Below, piece after piece: positions 1 through 8,940 of a DNA stretch of 64,000 nucleotides. Location of the stretch: IMG/VR virus record IMGVR_UViG_3300049982_000206; one strand, given 5' to 3'. Every line of letters starts with the position of its first letter. The stretch's first letter is position 1. The notes below the pieces were generated by a model. The model did no database searches. It had not been told where the DNA came from and saw nothing but the letters and a program-made list of their open reading frames with translations. The translations under genes and the position numbers were made by a program. Source of the DNA: an uncultured virus (IMG/VR IMGVR_UViG_3300049982_000206) (Duplodnaviria; Heunggongvirae; Uroviricota; Caudoviricetes).

Positions 1-13
1 CCCACCACGAGAC

Positions 14-238
14 ATGGCTGCGCTCGAAGCTGCCAAGGCCGAGGCGCTCGCCTCGATGGAGAGCCTGGAGAAGAACAAGGCGGCCGTGCAGCACGACATC
101 GAGAAGCGCGACGTCGCGATCCTCAGGATGAACCGGGCCGGCCAGAAACCGCCGGACATTGCGCGCGACCTCAGCCTCCCGATCAGCACCGTTCGACAGG
201 CCATCAAGAACGCGATCGTCCGTTCGAACAGGGGCTGA
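14..238 (+). CDS. small coiled-coil plus HTH protein (may be 5'-truncated by window edge)
   Basis: C-terminal 'PPDIARDLSLPISTVRQAI' HTH-like pattern. Confidence 0.6.
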   Translation: MAALEAAKAEALASMESLEKNKAAVQHDIEKRDVAILRMNRAGQKPPDIARDLSLPISTVRQAIKNAIVRSNRG

Positions 239-340
239 CCATCCTTCCGCCGCAGCAACACCCCGAGCCCGGCTGCCTCCCACACTTCGGCAGCAGCCCG
301 CGCAACGCTGGAATCGCGGACAGCCAGCTATCTCGCCTCC

Positions 341-359
341 GCGCGACGAGCAACCGCGC
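341..359 (+). promoter_or_regulatory. GAGCA-loop leader hairpin (variant) upstream of RBS
   Basis: GCGCG-ACGAGCAAC-CGCGC followed by AGGAG and ATG 379. Confidence 0.55.
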
Positions 360-378
360 AACCGACTAGGAGACCCCC

Positions 379-1788
379 ATGAACGCCACCAACGGCCTCG
401 ACCAGTGGGCCAAGGACCACAACTGGGCGCTGATCATCACCGGGCTCGTTGTCGTCCTGGTCGCCTCGGTGCTGGTCGTCCGCGCACTCCGCCGCGCCAA
501 CGCCGTACGGAACGGGCTGACGGCCGAGCAGCGTGACACCCGCCAACGCCGGATCGAAGATGCCGCGACCATCGCTGTCGCGCTAGTCGCCTCCGGTCTC
601 TCGCTCACCGGCCTGATGAAGTACGCCGAAGACGTCCTGGGACTGAAGGAACTGCCGCTGAACCTGCTGCCGTACTTCGGCCTGGACGCGGCCGTCATCG
701 TCTGCGCGATCCGCGCTCGCCGACGTTCGCGTAACAACGAGTCCAGCGGATGGAACGGTCGGCTCGTGTGGGTCTTCGCGGTCATCTCGGCCACGTTCGG
801 GTACTCCGAAGGGCACAGCGTATGGAGCGGGCTGGGTCGGGCCGTGTGGCCGCTGATCGCTGCCACCCTCTTCGAGTTGGGCCTGATCGAGCAGCGTCAC
901 GCAGCGCAGCGCGACGTGAAGCGTCGGCTCAACCTCGGCTGGGCACACCCCCTCGAACGGTTGCGCGTCTACTCGATCCTGTCCGCCGACTCCAACCTCT
1001 CCGCCGATGAGGCCACCCACGAGGTACGCGTCAATGCAGCCGCCAAGGCCATGAACCGCCTCCGCAACGCAGACGCTGCGGCAGTGTCAGGCGGCCGGAT
1101 TGCCCGCGCGAAACTCCGCCGTGTCGAGCACCGCACCCAGCGGGTGCTCTTGCGCGCGAAGTTCTCCGACCCGCAGGTCGCCGCCGAGGTGCTGCAGCGC
1201 ACCCAGGCCATGGTCCGGACGCGCGACTTCGCGCGCATGGACTACAGCGCGCTGGACGACGCGCGCGCCATGCTGAGCGACGCGATCGACCACACCGTCG
1301 TGTCGAGCCATCCCAAGCGGCCCCGCCCGGCACCGCGCCGGCCCGAGCAGAAAACACTGGACAGCGCGCCGAGCCGGACCGCGGCACCGGCTCCGCAGAC
1401 CTCCGCGCCTGCACCGGCCGCGCGTCAGCCCGAGCAGGAGATCGCTCCGGCCGTCGCCGAGCAGGTGCCGAGCGCGCGCGCGATGGAAGACCAGGGCGCG
1501 CGCGACCCGCGCTCGATCGTCGAAGACATCACGCGCGAGATGATCGCCGAGGACGACAGAGACAAGCCCGACGCGGCCGAGGTACGGCGGCGCGCAGGGT
1601 TCGGCCCCACCGACAAACCCGTCCCGGCCACCGTCCGGAACTGGGTCAAGACCGTCTGGGAGCAGCACCTCGAAGACCGCGAGCGCGTGCAGCGGGAAGA
1701 CGCGCGCGCCGAGGTCCACCTGGCCGACCCGCTCGCCGAAGACGAGTTCGGTGACGCGCCCCGCGCGCGTCACGCCGGCGCCGCCTAA
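379..1788 (+). CDS. DUF2637-like multi-pass membrane protein (actinobacterial mobile-element spread/transfer type)
   Basis: several N-terminal hydrophobic helices, 'LPYFGLDAAVIVCA..VWVFAVISA..WPLIAATLFEL', Pro/Ala-rich linker; AGGAG RBS. Confidence 0.65.
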   Translation: MNATNGLDQWAKDHNWALIITGLVVVLVASVLVVRALRRANAVRNGLTAEQRDTRQRRIEDAATIAVALVASGLSLTGLMKYAEDVLGLKELPLNLLPYFGLDAAVIVCAIRARRRSRNNESSGWNGRLVWVFAVISATFGYSEGHSVWSGLGRAVWPLIAATLFELGLIEQRHAAQRDVKRRLNLGWAHPLERLRVYSILSADSNLSADEATHEVRVNAAAKAMNRLRNADAAAVSGGRIARAKLRRVEHRTQRVLLRAKFSDPQVAAEVLQRTQAMVRTRDFARMDYSALDDARAMLSDAIDHTVVSSHPKRPRPAPRRPEQKTLDSAPSRTAAPAPQTSAPAPAARQPEQEIAPAVAEQVPSARAMEDQGARDPRSIVEDITREMIAEDDRDKPDAAEVRRRAGFGPTDKPVPATVRNWVKTVWEQHLEDRERVQREDARAEVHLADPLAEDEFGDAPRARHAGAA

Positions 1789-1806
1789 CCAGCGCGCTAG
1801 ACAGAC

Positions 1807-1838
1807 CGAAGCCCCCGAGTCCACACTCGGGGGCTTCG
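1807..1838. terminator. bidirectional hairpin between convergent genes
   Basis: perfect 14-bp stem CGAAGCCCCCGAGT-ccac-ACTCGGGGGCTTCG. Confidence 0.8.
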
Positions 1839-2939
1839 TCATGTAGCGGTGTCGACGTCCTCCGCGTCTGGAGGCTCCGCGCTGCCCCGGAGCGCGGCCC
1901 GCCCCTCCGTGATCTGTCGGTAGGCGCTGTTCTTAGACGCCGCTGCCCTGATGGCCGCCGCCGTGGCAGTCAGGTAGATCTGGGTGGTCTGCAGCGACGC
2001 GTGCCCGAGCATCAGCATCAAGTCGATCCCCGTCACGCCCTGCTCAGCGAGCCGTGTCGCCCCCGTGTGCCGGGTCGCGTGCACCAGCGCGCCACGCGCG
2101 CGCGTCGCCTCCACGCCAGCGGCGATGTACACCTTCTTCACCAGGTACTGGAGCGCGCCGCGCGCCATCCGCCCACCGCTGCGATCGACGAACAGGGGAG
2201 CGTCCGGCGGGAACCACTCCCAGATCGGAGCATCCTCGGCGACACCGCGCGCACGGACCTGGCCAGGGAAGCGCGCGCGTCGCGACCGGAGATAGTCCTC
2301 CAGCACCTCGATAGCCACCTGCTCAACCGGTACGACGCGTTCCTTGCCGCCCTTGCCTCGGACTCGGATCCGCTGGCGGCCCGGCGTGTAGGTGATGTCG
2401 CCGATGTTCGCGTCCAGCAGTTCGCCGGTCCGGATCACCGTCAGAAGCAGCGTGAAGAGCGCTGCCGCGTCCAGCTCGGGCCATGGTTCCCGCCGGCTGA
2501 CCGCCGCTTCCAGTACGGCGGCGATGATCCGGGCCTCGTCCTCCTCGCTGAAGGCACGAGGCACCCGCGGGGGAGCGGACGGCCGGGGGATGCCCGGCAT
2601 GGGAGAGCCGTCGAGCAGGTCCTCGCTCACGAGGAACTTGAAGAACTCCGACCAGGTGGAGTGGCACCGCCGTACCGTGCTTGCCTGGCGCGGCGTCGAC
2701 CAGGCCGCGAACGCGCGCCGCATCGTACGCAGATCCCGGATCTGCGCCAGGGTCACATCGGCCCGTGCGACGTCGAGCACGCGCGCGACTTCGCCGAGCA
2801 CCGACCGGAGATCTCGCCGGTACGCCGCTGTCGTGTTTTCCGAGTCCTTCCTCGGCGCCCGCGCCACGAAGAACTCCTCGATCGCGCGCTCCACCTCCCC
2901 GAGTTGCCGCGCGAGTTCGGGAGCTGGCTGCGCGCTCAC
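1839..2939 (-). CDS. tyrosine recombinase/integrase (XerC/D-like)
   Basis: T..AYRRDL N-domain; catalytic R (IRTGEL), K (VRGKGGKER), HxxR (HATRH), LGH, Y (TTQIY); start taken at GTG 2939 overlapping upstream stop (ORF open to 2996). Confidence 0.93.
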   Translation of the reverse strand: MSAQPAPELARQLGEVERAIEEFFVARAPRKDSENTTAAYRRDLRSVLGEVARVLDVARADVTLAQIRDLRTMRRAFAAWSTPRQASTVRRCHSTWSEFFKFLVSEDLLDGSPMPGIPRPSAPPRVPRAFSEEDEARIIAAVLEAAVSRREPWPELDAAALFTLLLTVIRTGELLDANIGDITYTPGRQRIRVRGKGGKERVVPVEQVAIEVLEDYLRSRRARFPGQVRARGVAEDAPIWEWFPPDAPLFVDRSGGRMARGALQYLVKKVYIAAGVEATRARGALVHATRHTGATRLAEQGVTGIDLMLMLGHASLQTTQIYLTATAAAIRAAASKNSAYRQITEGRAALRGSAEPPDAEDVDTAT

Positions 2940-3250
2940 GACTGCCGGCCAGGAACCGGTAGGGGAGTGGGGTGCGCTGGGAGGACCGGTGTCCACGGAT
3001 CAATCCCTAGCCTCCTCCGCAGCTCCCGGTTCTCTTCCTGCACCCGGTCGAGGTTGCGGCAGAGAGGTTCGAACTGGCGGCGGATCTCGGCCAGCACATC
3101 CTCTGCGCGCTGCGCGCGTACCTTCAGCTCGCGGCAGGTCTGCGCGTGCGAGTCGTCGGCCAGGAGCGCGCGTAGCTCGCGCGCGAGGTCGGCATCGAGG
3201 TGGTCCGCGAGCGCGCGCAGACACTCGGCCGGTTCGGCGCGCTCGGTCAC
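2936..3250 (-). CDS. hypothetical coiled-coil protein
   Basis: coupled by GTGA overlaps to neighbours. Confidence 0.6.
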   Translation of the reverse strand: MTERAEPAECLRALADHLDADLARELRALLADDSHAQTCRELKVRAQRAEDVLAEIRRQFEPLCRNLDRVQEENRELRRRLGIDPWTPVLPAHPTPLPVPGRQS

Positions 3251-3663
3251 CGCTGGTCCTTCTTCGCGCGCGGATCGGCCGCGTCGGTTCGATCCAAGAT
3301 GCGCGTGAGCTGTTCAGCGAGCGCGTCACCATCCGCGCCCAGTGCGCGCAGATTCTCGCGCGTCTCCGCGTCGCGCCGACGCGCGTGCTCGGCTGTGTCG
3401 GACTCGTCGTGCGCGCGGGAGTAGTTGGCGTCCCCGATGTACGCGAGCCGGCACCCCCACCCGTCTTCGCGGAAGCGGATGCCCTCGTAGTCCTCGAAGG
3501 TGAACGACCACCCGCTCATGATCTTGGGCGCGCCCGCGCGGTCGATGCGGTCGGCCCAGCACCGCAGCCTCCATCCGACGCGCGCACGCCACCCAACGCG
3601 CGGGGTAGTCACATAGCCCGGGCCATGACCGCGGTCAGTCAGGCGTACCGGCGCGCGGCTCAC
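3247..3663 (-). CDS. hypothetical protein
   Basis: coupled ORF in leftward operon. Confidence 0.6.
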   Translation of the reverse strand: MSRAPVRLTDRGHGPGYVTTPRVGWRARVGWRLRCWADRIDRAGAPKIMSGWSFTFEDYEGIRFREDGWGCRLAYIGDANYSRAHDESDTAEHARRRDAETRENLRALGADGDALAEQLTRILDRTDAADPRAKKDQR

Positions 3664-4208
3664 CACTGCCCCCGCTCCCGGCTCTGGCGCGCCCGCAGAA
3701 CATCCGCATCAAGCATCGCCCCAGAAACCGTCGGGGGAGGAGCCGGCGAGATGAACACGGTGCTCCCACCTGCATCGCGCGGCAGCAACCCACCACCGGC
3801 GAAGGGCGTGTGCTTGCTGCGCAGGTCGTCACCCGCGAGCGCCAGGCGGACCGGTACCTCATCGAACACCAGCCTGAAAGCGCGCGCGACGTCTCGTGCT
3901 GTCTGGACGCGCTCGTCCGTGACGCACTTCGGGCACCCGCTCGTCACACGAGCGTGCTCCGTGTGCTCCTCGGACAGCATGACCACGAGGGCCACGAGCG
4001 CGTCCGGTTCACCTACCCATTTGTGCACGGAGGTTGAGGTCACGCGCCACGCCTGACGCGCGCCGTCGCCAGTCGGAGTGGTCTCATGGTCGCCGCCAGT
4101 CTGCGCGTGCGCGCTCCACGTGTCGGCGAGCGCGCACCGTGCGCCGGTCTCGCCATTGCGCGCCGAGCAGATACGCGCGCGCCGCCCCTGAGGCTCGCGC
4201 GCGCTCAC
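3660..4208 (-). CDS. hypothetical protein with CxxC
   Basis: GTG start with AAGGAG RBS overlapping stop of upstream ORF. Confidence 0.6.
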   Translation of the reverse strand: MSAREPQGRRARICSARNGETGARCALADTWSAHAQTGGDHETTPTGDGARQAWRVTSTSVHKWVGEPDALVALVVMLSEEHTEHARVTSGCPKCVTDERVQTARDVARAFRLVFDEVPVRLALAGDDLRSKHTPFAGGGLLPRDAGGSTVFISPAPPPTVSGAMLDADVLRARQSRERGQW

Positions 4209-4852
4209 TGTGACTCCTTGAATGCGCGCGCCACGTCGCCTCGCGCGCACAGAACGCGCGCCTGGAACACCGTGAGCGTCGGCCACTCGTCGGCCGGCCA
4301 CCGCTCGGTCAAGCGCGTGTAGAGGCGCCGAGCGCGCTCGTTGTCGATGCACCACGGGCAGCCGAGCACCGGTTCTCGATGCGCGCCCAGCTCGGCGTTG
4401 AGATGTTGCGCGGCCAGGGTGTAGGCGTTCTGGATTGCGCCGAGCGCGCGGTCGGCCATGGTCATGCGGTCATCGGAGGTGACCTGGATCGTGATCGGCT
4501 CGCGCTTCTCTCTGCCGTCCGCACCGACAGGAATCTCGGAGAGAGAGGAGTACTGGACCCCACCTCGAACGCGCTCGCCGAGGGAGAGCGGAGCGCTGGC
4601 TGCAAGCGTCGTCAGTGTGGCCGGCCGGAACTGCGTCAGGGCGACGTGGAGGATGACGCGCTCATCAGCCTGCCCCATGACTCGTGCTGGGCAGCGGTTG
4701 CCGAGACGGTCTCCGACCCAGATGACTTCGTCGTTCTCGACCGCGCGGGTGAACTGCTGCTGGGGGACGGTCACGGAGGATCCGCCGTTGGCGTTCAGGA
4801 GGTCTACCCAGCAGGTCACGCCTGAGGGGGAGTCGTTCTGAGGGTCTGTCAC
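4205..4852 (-). CDS. hypothetical protein, probably leaderless
   Basis: TAGAAT -10 (4864-4859) 6 nt before GTG. Confidence 0.6.
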   Translation of the reverse strand: MTDPQNDSPSGVTCWVDLLNANGGSSVTVPQQQFTRAVENDEVIWVGDRLGNRCPARVMGQADERVILHVALTQFRPATLTTLAASAPLSLGERVRGGVQYSSLSEIPVGADGREKREPITIQVTSDDRMTMADRALGAIQNAYTLAAQHLNAELGAHREPVLGCPWCIDNERARRLYTRLTERWPADEWPTLTVFQARVLCARGDVARAFKESQ

Positions 4853-4922
4853 CCCCGCATTCTATTTGCTGCATAATCATGGTTCTACATGACTCGCCGT
4901 CAAACCCCGCCCTGAGGGGTTC

Positions 4923-4994
4923 GGTTTGGCCTGCGGTTTCGCCTTCTGTTTCCCCTGCGGTCTGGGGTGCTGTTTGACCTGCGGTTTTGGCCGA
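4923..4994. repeat. six degenerate 12-bp tandem repeats, consensus (G/T)GTTTNNCCTGC
   Basis: ggtttggcctgc|ggtttcgccttc|tgtttcccctgc|ggtctggggtgc|tgtttgacctgc|ggttttggccga. Confidence 0.7.
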
Positions 4995-5284
4995 TTTATG
5001 GTTGTCTACGCGCGCTGCGCGCGTGGGCGCGTAGAGAGCCTCCGCGCCCCCGCAGCCCGCCGGTGCACCCATGTGCCTTACGTGACGTCGCGCTACGCAC
5101 GTCCGCGCATCGCGCCACGTCCATGCGTCCGCGCATCCGCGACGCCTGAGAACCCGCGTGCACACGCAACCTTCCGGGCCCCCGGTCGCCAATGGATCGC
5201 TCCCTGCAGCAGGGCTGGCCTTGGCGTGGAGAGGCGGGAGTGGATGCGACGGCTTCAGGCCGGCTCGCTGAAGAATCCCGTCCG

Positions 5285-5343
5285 TTGACCATGGCGTTAA
5301 GCGGGTGTACGCTCGGGTCATGAGTTGGGAAGAGCCGCCCAGC
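5285..5343 (+). promoter_or_regulatory. class I promoter/operator + leader hairpin
   Basis: TTGACC-17-TACGCT with GTTAAGCGGGTG spacer; GTTGGG-AAGAGCCG-CCCAGC. Confidence 0.85.
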
Positions 5344-5364
5344 CAAGATCTAGGAGCCGGAACC

Positions 5365-5553
5365 ATGCCGAAGACCCAGAAGGTCACCCTGAGCGTCACG
5401 ATCGAGATCGACCCCGAGGCCTGGGATCTCGCCTACGGCACCGGCACCTCGACGACGGAGATCCGCGACGACGTCCGGAGCTACTTCATCAACGTGATCC
5501 AGGCGGGCGGCGCTGGTGACGGCGCAGTCCGCGCAGTCACCAGCAAGTACTGA
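5365..5553 (+). CDS. small hypothetical protein
   Basis: AGGAG RBS after class I unit. Confidence 0.75.
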   Translation: MPKTQKVTLSVTIEIDPEAWDLAYGTGTSTTEIRDDVRSYFINVIQAGGAGDGAVRAVTSKY

Positions 5554-5558
5554 CCGAA

Positions 5559-5583
5559 CCGCGAAGGCGTCGCGCCTTCGCGG
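5559..5583 (+). terminator. GC-rich hairpin after first gene
   Basis: CCGCGAAGGCG-tcg-CGCCTTCGCGG. Confidence 0.55.
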
Positions 5584-5614
5584 CGCGACGCAAGTCCAAC
5601 CACAAGCGCACCGT

Positions 5615-5634
5615 GGCCGGAAGAGCACCCGGCC
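5615..5634 (+). promoter_or_regulatory. GAGCA-loop hairpin without class I promoter
   Basis: GGCCGG-AAGAGCAC-CCGGCC then AGGAG, ATG 5650. Confidence 0.8.
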
Positions 5635-5649
5635 GAACAGGAGACGGAC

Positions 5650-5979
5650 ATGAGCAAGACCGAGCACGACTTCATGTACGACGTCACCGAAGGCGGCGTA
5701 CTCATCCGGTACGGCGTCGACGACGCCATCGACCTCACCACCCCGAGCGAGAACCCCCTCGTCATGCTTGCCAACATCGACACGGTGAGCAGCCTGCTGC
5801 AGAACCTCCTCGACCAGGCGCCCGCGATCCTCGCCGAGCTGGCCGCACTGCGGGCCGAGATCGGCGAGCCCTGCGGCGTCTGCAATGGCGACGGCGGCCA
5901 GGAGGCCGGTACCGGACCGCTCCGCTGGGTCGACTGCCCCGCCTGCGACGGCAACCGGGTGCAGGAGGTCGCGGCATGA
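5650..5979 (+). CDS. hypothetical protein with DnaJ-like CxxCxGxG zinc motif
   Basis: CGVCNGDGG...CPACDG; RBS. Confidence 0.75.
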   Translation: MSKTEHDFMYDVTEGGVLIRYGVDDAIDLTTPSENPLVMLANIDTVSSLLQNLLDQAPAILAELAALRAEIGEPCGVCNGDGGQEAGTGPLRWVDCPACDGNRVQEVAA

Positions 5980-6263
5980 CCGACCAGCCGATGTACTCCG
6001 AGCCGAACTGGGAGCCGCTCGAATCGAAGCTGCGGCCGGAAGCGATGGGCGACTGGATGTGGATGTGCCGCGTCCAGACCAAGGACGGGGTCCTCATCGA
6101 GCAGTACAAGCACCGTGACACCCGCCGGTACGTGAACCTCGACCAGGAGGGCCGCGCCTGGATCATCCGGATCGAGGGGAGCACGGTGACGTACCTGCTC
6201 GCCGATTCGTTCGCTGCGGCGTATCAGGCAGCTGCGGGCAACTTCGCTCATCCCTTGAGCTGA
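5976..6263 (+). CDS. hypothetical phage protein
   Basis: ATGA overlap; 'WMWM..YKHRDTRRYVNLD'. Confidence 0.7.
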   Translation: MTDQPMYSEPNWEPLESKLRPEAMGDWMWMCRVQTKDGVLIEQYKHRDTRRYVNLDQEGRAWIIRIEGSTVTYLLADSFAAAYQAAAGNFAHPLS

Positions 6264-6640
6264 TGGACGGCATCCGCCCGGACCTGGTCCGGGCGGCGAC
6301 CGTTCGCCTGGTCGACGTCGTACTGGAGTCGATGGCGGACGGTCGTCTCGACCGCTCGTCGCTGCGCCGACTACCGCCCTGGCGCGCTGCCGTCCTTGCC
6401 CGCATTGCTTACCGCGCCGGGCTGATGTCGCGCCGCGAACTCGGACGGCTCATCGCCGAGGTCATCGAGGCCGGCCCCGACGGGTCGCTCGCTCCCCCGC
6501 CGACCGGCCAACTGGACGTAATCCACGTCGACGACGAAAGCTTTGTCCTGACGGCAGACGGGGAGTCGACACCCCAGCCGTTAGAGACAAGCCCGGCCGA
6601 CGTCACCGGGAATGGCTCTGGCGCGGGGCGTGGTCGGTAG
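6263..6640 (+). CDS. hypothetical protein
   Basis: TGATG coupling. Confidence 0.5.
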   Translation: MDGIRPDLVRAATVRLVDVVLESMADGRLDRSSLRRLPPWRAAVLARIAYRAGLMSRRELGRLIAEVIEAGPDGSLAPPPTGQLDVIHVDDESFVLTADGESTPQPLETSPADVTGNGSGAGRGR

Positions 6641-6731
6641 TCCTAGTGGTTGCTCGCTCGATGTGCGGGTGGGCGGTGAGATCCCGTCGCAAACATCGCC
6701 GGTCACGGCCCGCGCCACCTCTTCTCATGTT

Positions 6732-6803
6732 GCGTACACCCGCTTATTGCATCTGATGTTAAGCGGGTGTACGCTCATGTCATGAGCCGAAGAGCAGCGG
6801 CTC
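6732..6803 (+). promoter_or_regulatory. class I unit with additional inverted operator copy
   Basis: GCGTACACCCGCTTA (6732-46) inverted to TAAGCGGGTGTACGC (6760-74); TTGCAT-17-TACGCT; GAGCCG-AAGAGCAG-CGGCTC. Confidence 0.9.
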
Positions 6804-6823
6804 CAGAACGAGGAGAAACCACG

Positions 6824-7726
6824 ATGGACCTGGCCACCGCCACCCCGGCCGAGATCGACACCGAACTCGCCAAGCTGTATGCCGCCGAGCTGGCTGCTGA
6901 ATCTGCCATCGCCGCCCTGATCCCCAGCATCCACCGGTACGCCGGCGACCCGGGACGCAAGAACCGCGGCTTCACCCTGTACGACCTCAACGACGCCGTC
7001 GCCGAAGAGAAGACCCGCGAGCTGGCCGCCGGGAACGACTACAGCGCCACCAGCGCGCAATGCGTCCTCAACAACCTCGATGCCGCCCGTTTCGTCCGCG
7101 ACTCGGCGCGTGACGCCTCCAGGCCGCTCGACGAGGAGTACATCGCGCGCGGTGGCTGGAGCCGTGCCTTCCTCGTCACCTCCAGCGATGGCCACGTCCA
7201 CAGCTCGATGCACTGCTCGACCTGCAACAACGGCCAGTACCGCACCAGCTTCCACTGGCAGCCCGAGTACTCCGGTGCCGACGAGGCCGCGATCATCGCC
7301 GCCGCCGGATATCGCGCCTGCACTGTCTGCTACCCGAATGCCCCGGTCGACGCCACCCCGGCGAGCCACCCGACCAAGATGTTCAGCGCCGACGAGAAGG
7401 TCGCCCAGAAAGCCCGCGAAGAGCGCGCCGCAGCGAAGGTCGCCCGGGACGCGAAGAGGATCGCCAACGCGCTGACCGCCGACGGCTCCGAGCTGATCGT
7501 CACCGACGGCAACGGCCACCGCGAGGCGTTCAGGACCGAGCGCGCGGCCACCACGTGGCTCGTGCAGAGCATCGGCTACAACCGCTACTTCGGCTACAAG
7601 GCCAGCTTCGAGGCCGAGCGCACCGTGATCGAGGCGCTCGCCGCCAAGCACAGCAAGACCGTCGCCGAGGTTGAGGCCGAGATCGCGGCCAAGGTCATCG
7701 CCTGGGCCAAGCGCAACGCCGCCTGA
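6824..7726 (+). CDS. conserved actinophage hypothetical protein (Cys/His metal-binding)
   Basis: 'GGWSRAFLV..GHVHSSMHCSTC..W.PEYSG..ACTVCYP'; AGGAG RBS. Confidence 0.8.
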   Translation: MDLATATPAEIDTELAKLYAAELAAESAIAALIPSIHRYAGDPGRKNRGFTLYDLNDAVAEEKTRELAAGNDYSATSAQCVLNNLDAARFVRDSARDASRPLDEEYIARGGWSRAFLVTSSDGHVHSSMHCSTCNNGQYRTSFHWQPEYSGADEAAIIAAAGYRACTVCYPNAPVDATPASHPTKMFSADEKVAQKAREERAAAKVARDAKRIANALTADGSELIVTDGNGHREAFRTERAATTWLVQSIGYNRYFGYKASFEAERTVIEALAAKHSKTVAEVEAEIAAKVIAWAKRNAA

Positions 7727-7735
7727 TCCCTTCCC

Positions 7736-7762
7736 GGGCCGCCCGACCCCATCGGGCGGCCC
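7736..7762 (+). terminator. hairpin after first gene
   Basis: GGGCCGCCCGA-cccca-TCGGGCGGCCC. Confidence 0.55.
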
Positions 7763-7808
7763 CCCTCCCCCGCGACGGGCACCGCGACCACACAGGAGAC
7801 TGAGCACC

Positions 7809-8213
7809 ATGAAGCTGAAGCTGTTCACCGGCACCGCCGTGTGGGTACCGAAAACGTGGAAGGACCGCGTGACGGAGAAGCCCCACTCGCAGCTCGACGT
7901 TGTGATTGTCGCTGCCTCGAAGGCCGCAGCCGCCGAGATGCTTGTTGGCATCGGCGAGCACGAGACCACCGCCAAGGGCATCGTCGCCGCATGCAAGTTG
8001 CAGCGAGACCACTTGAGCGACTCGGTACGGAATCTGATCGAGGGCCAGGTCCTCGACCTGGAGCAAGCCGGTGCGTACGTCTGGAAGAACCACGCGGACA
8101 ACAACCCGATCGCTCGGATCGACGCACCCGGCATGCCGATCGTCGGCTACTTCCGCTACCACGACGACGGCCCCAACGGATGGCACATGTCCGCCGAGAA
8201 GGTGACGTCATGA
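7809..8213 (+). CDS. hypothetical protein
   Basis: AGGAG RBS. Confidence 0.7.
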   Translation: MKLKLFTGTAVWVPKTWKDRVTEKPHSQLDVVIVAASKAAAAEMLVGIGEHETTAKGIVAACKLQRDHLSDSVRNLIEGQVLDLEQAGAYVWKNHADNNPIARIDAPGMPIVGYFRYHDDGPNGWHMSAEKVTS

Positions 8214-8794
8214 CGATGCAGACCGACCGGCCGATCGAGCACACCCAGTTCGCCACCACCAACCGCCCCCTGGGGTGGGTGCTCGACTTCGGTCGCGGCG
8301 ATCGCCGCCGCGAGCTGGACCTCGAAGCGCCGTACCAGCGCGGCGACGTCTGGGGCCACACCCGCCGCCGGAACCTCATCCGCTCAATGCTGCTCGGCAT
8401 CCCGATCCCGAGCCTGGTCATCAACGATCGATTCAGCGCGCGCTTCCGCGAGGCCGGCTACACCCAGGACCGCAACTGGGCCTACGCAGTCGTGGACGGC
8501 AAGCAGCGCGTCACCACGTGGCTGATGTTCGCCGCCGACGAGTACGCAGTGCCGGCCTCCTGGTTCGAGTCCGAGGACATCGACCAGGACGAGGACACCG
8601 ATGACGGCCGGTACGTGCGGTACAGCGGACTGTCCGAACGGCAGCAGCGAAACTTCGACACCATGCCGATCGGCGTCGCCGAAGGCCGCTTCAACACTCT
8701 GGCCGGGGAGCAACTGGTGTTCGATCTGGTCAACTTCGGCGGTGTCTCGCAAGGAGAGTCCGACGACAAACCAGCGCTACCCACAGCGCGGTAG
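8210..8794 (+). CDS. stand-alone DUF262 (GmrS/ParB-like fold) protein
   Basis: PYQRGDVW, LIRSMLLGIPIP, VVDGKQR motifs. Confidence 0.85.
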   Translation: MTMQTDRPIEHTQFATTNRPLGWVLDFGRGDRRRELDLEAPYQRGDVWGHTRRRNLIRSMLLGIPIPSLVINDRFSARFREAGYTQDRNWAYAVVDGKQRVTTWLMFAADEYAVPASWFESEDIDQDEDTDDGRYVRYSGLSERQQRNFDTMPIGVAEGRFNTLAGEQLVFDLVNFGGVSQGESDDKPALPTAR

Positions 8795-8814
8795 CCAGGG
8801 CGTCGGCCCACGTG

Positions 8815-8851
8815 AAGCGGCGGCACACCCACCCCGGGAGTGCCGCCGCTT
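8815..8851 (+). terminator. intrinsic terminator-like hairpin
   Basis: AAGCGGCGGCAC...GTGCCGCCGCTT followed by T. Confidence 0.7.
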
Positions 8852-8859
8852 TGCTGTGC

Positions 8860-8894
8860 CCGGCGCGACGTTAAGCGGGTACCTCGAACAGACT
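8860..8894 (+). promoter_or_regulatory. class II promoter overlapping a partial class I box
   Basis: CGCGAC-GTTAAGCGGGTAC..-CAGACT at 19-nt spacing. Confidence 0.55.
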
Positions 8895-8940
8895 CCGAGC
8901 GGTAGGCAAGGGAGGGCCCCAGCCCCAGTAGGAGACCCCG

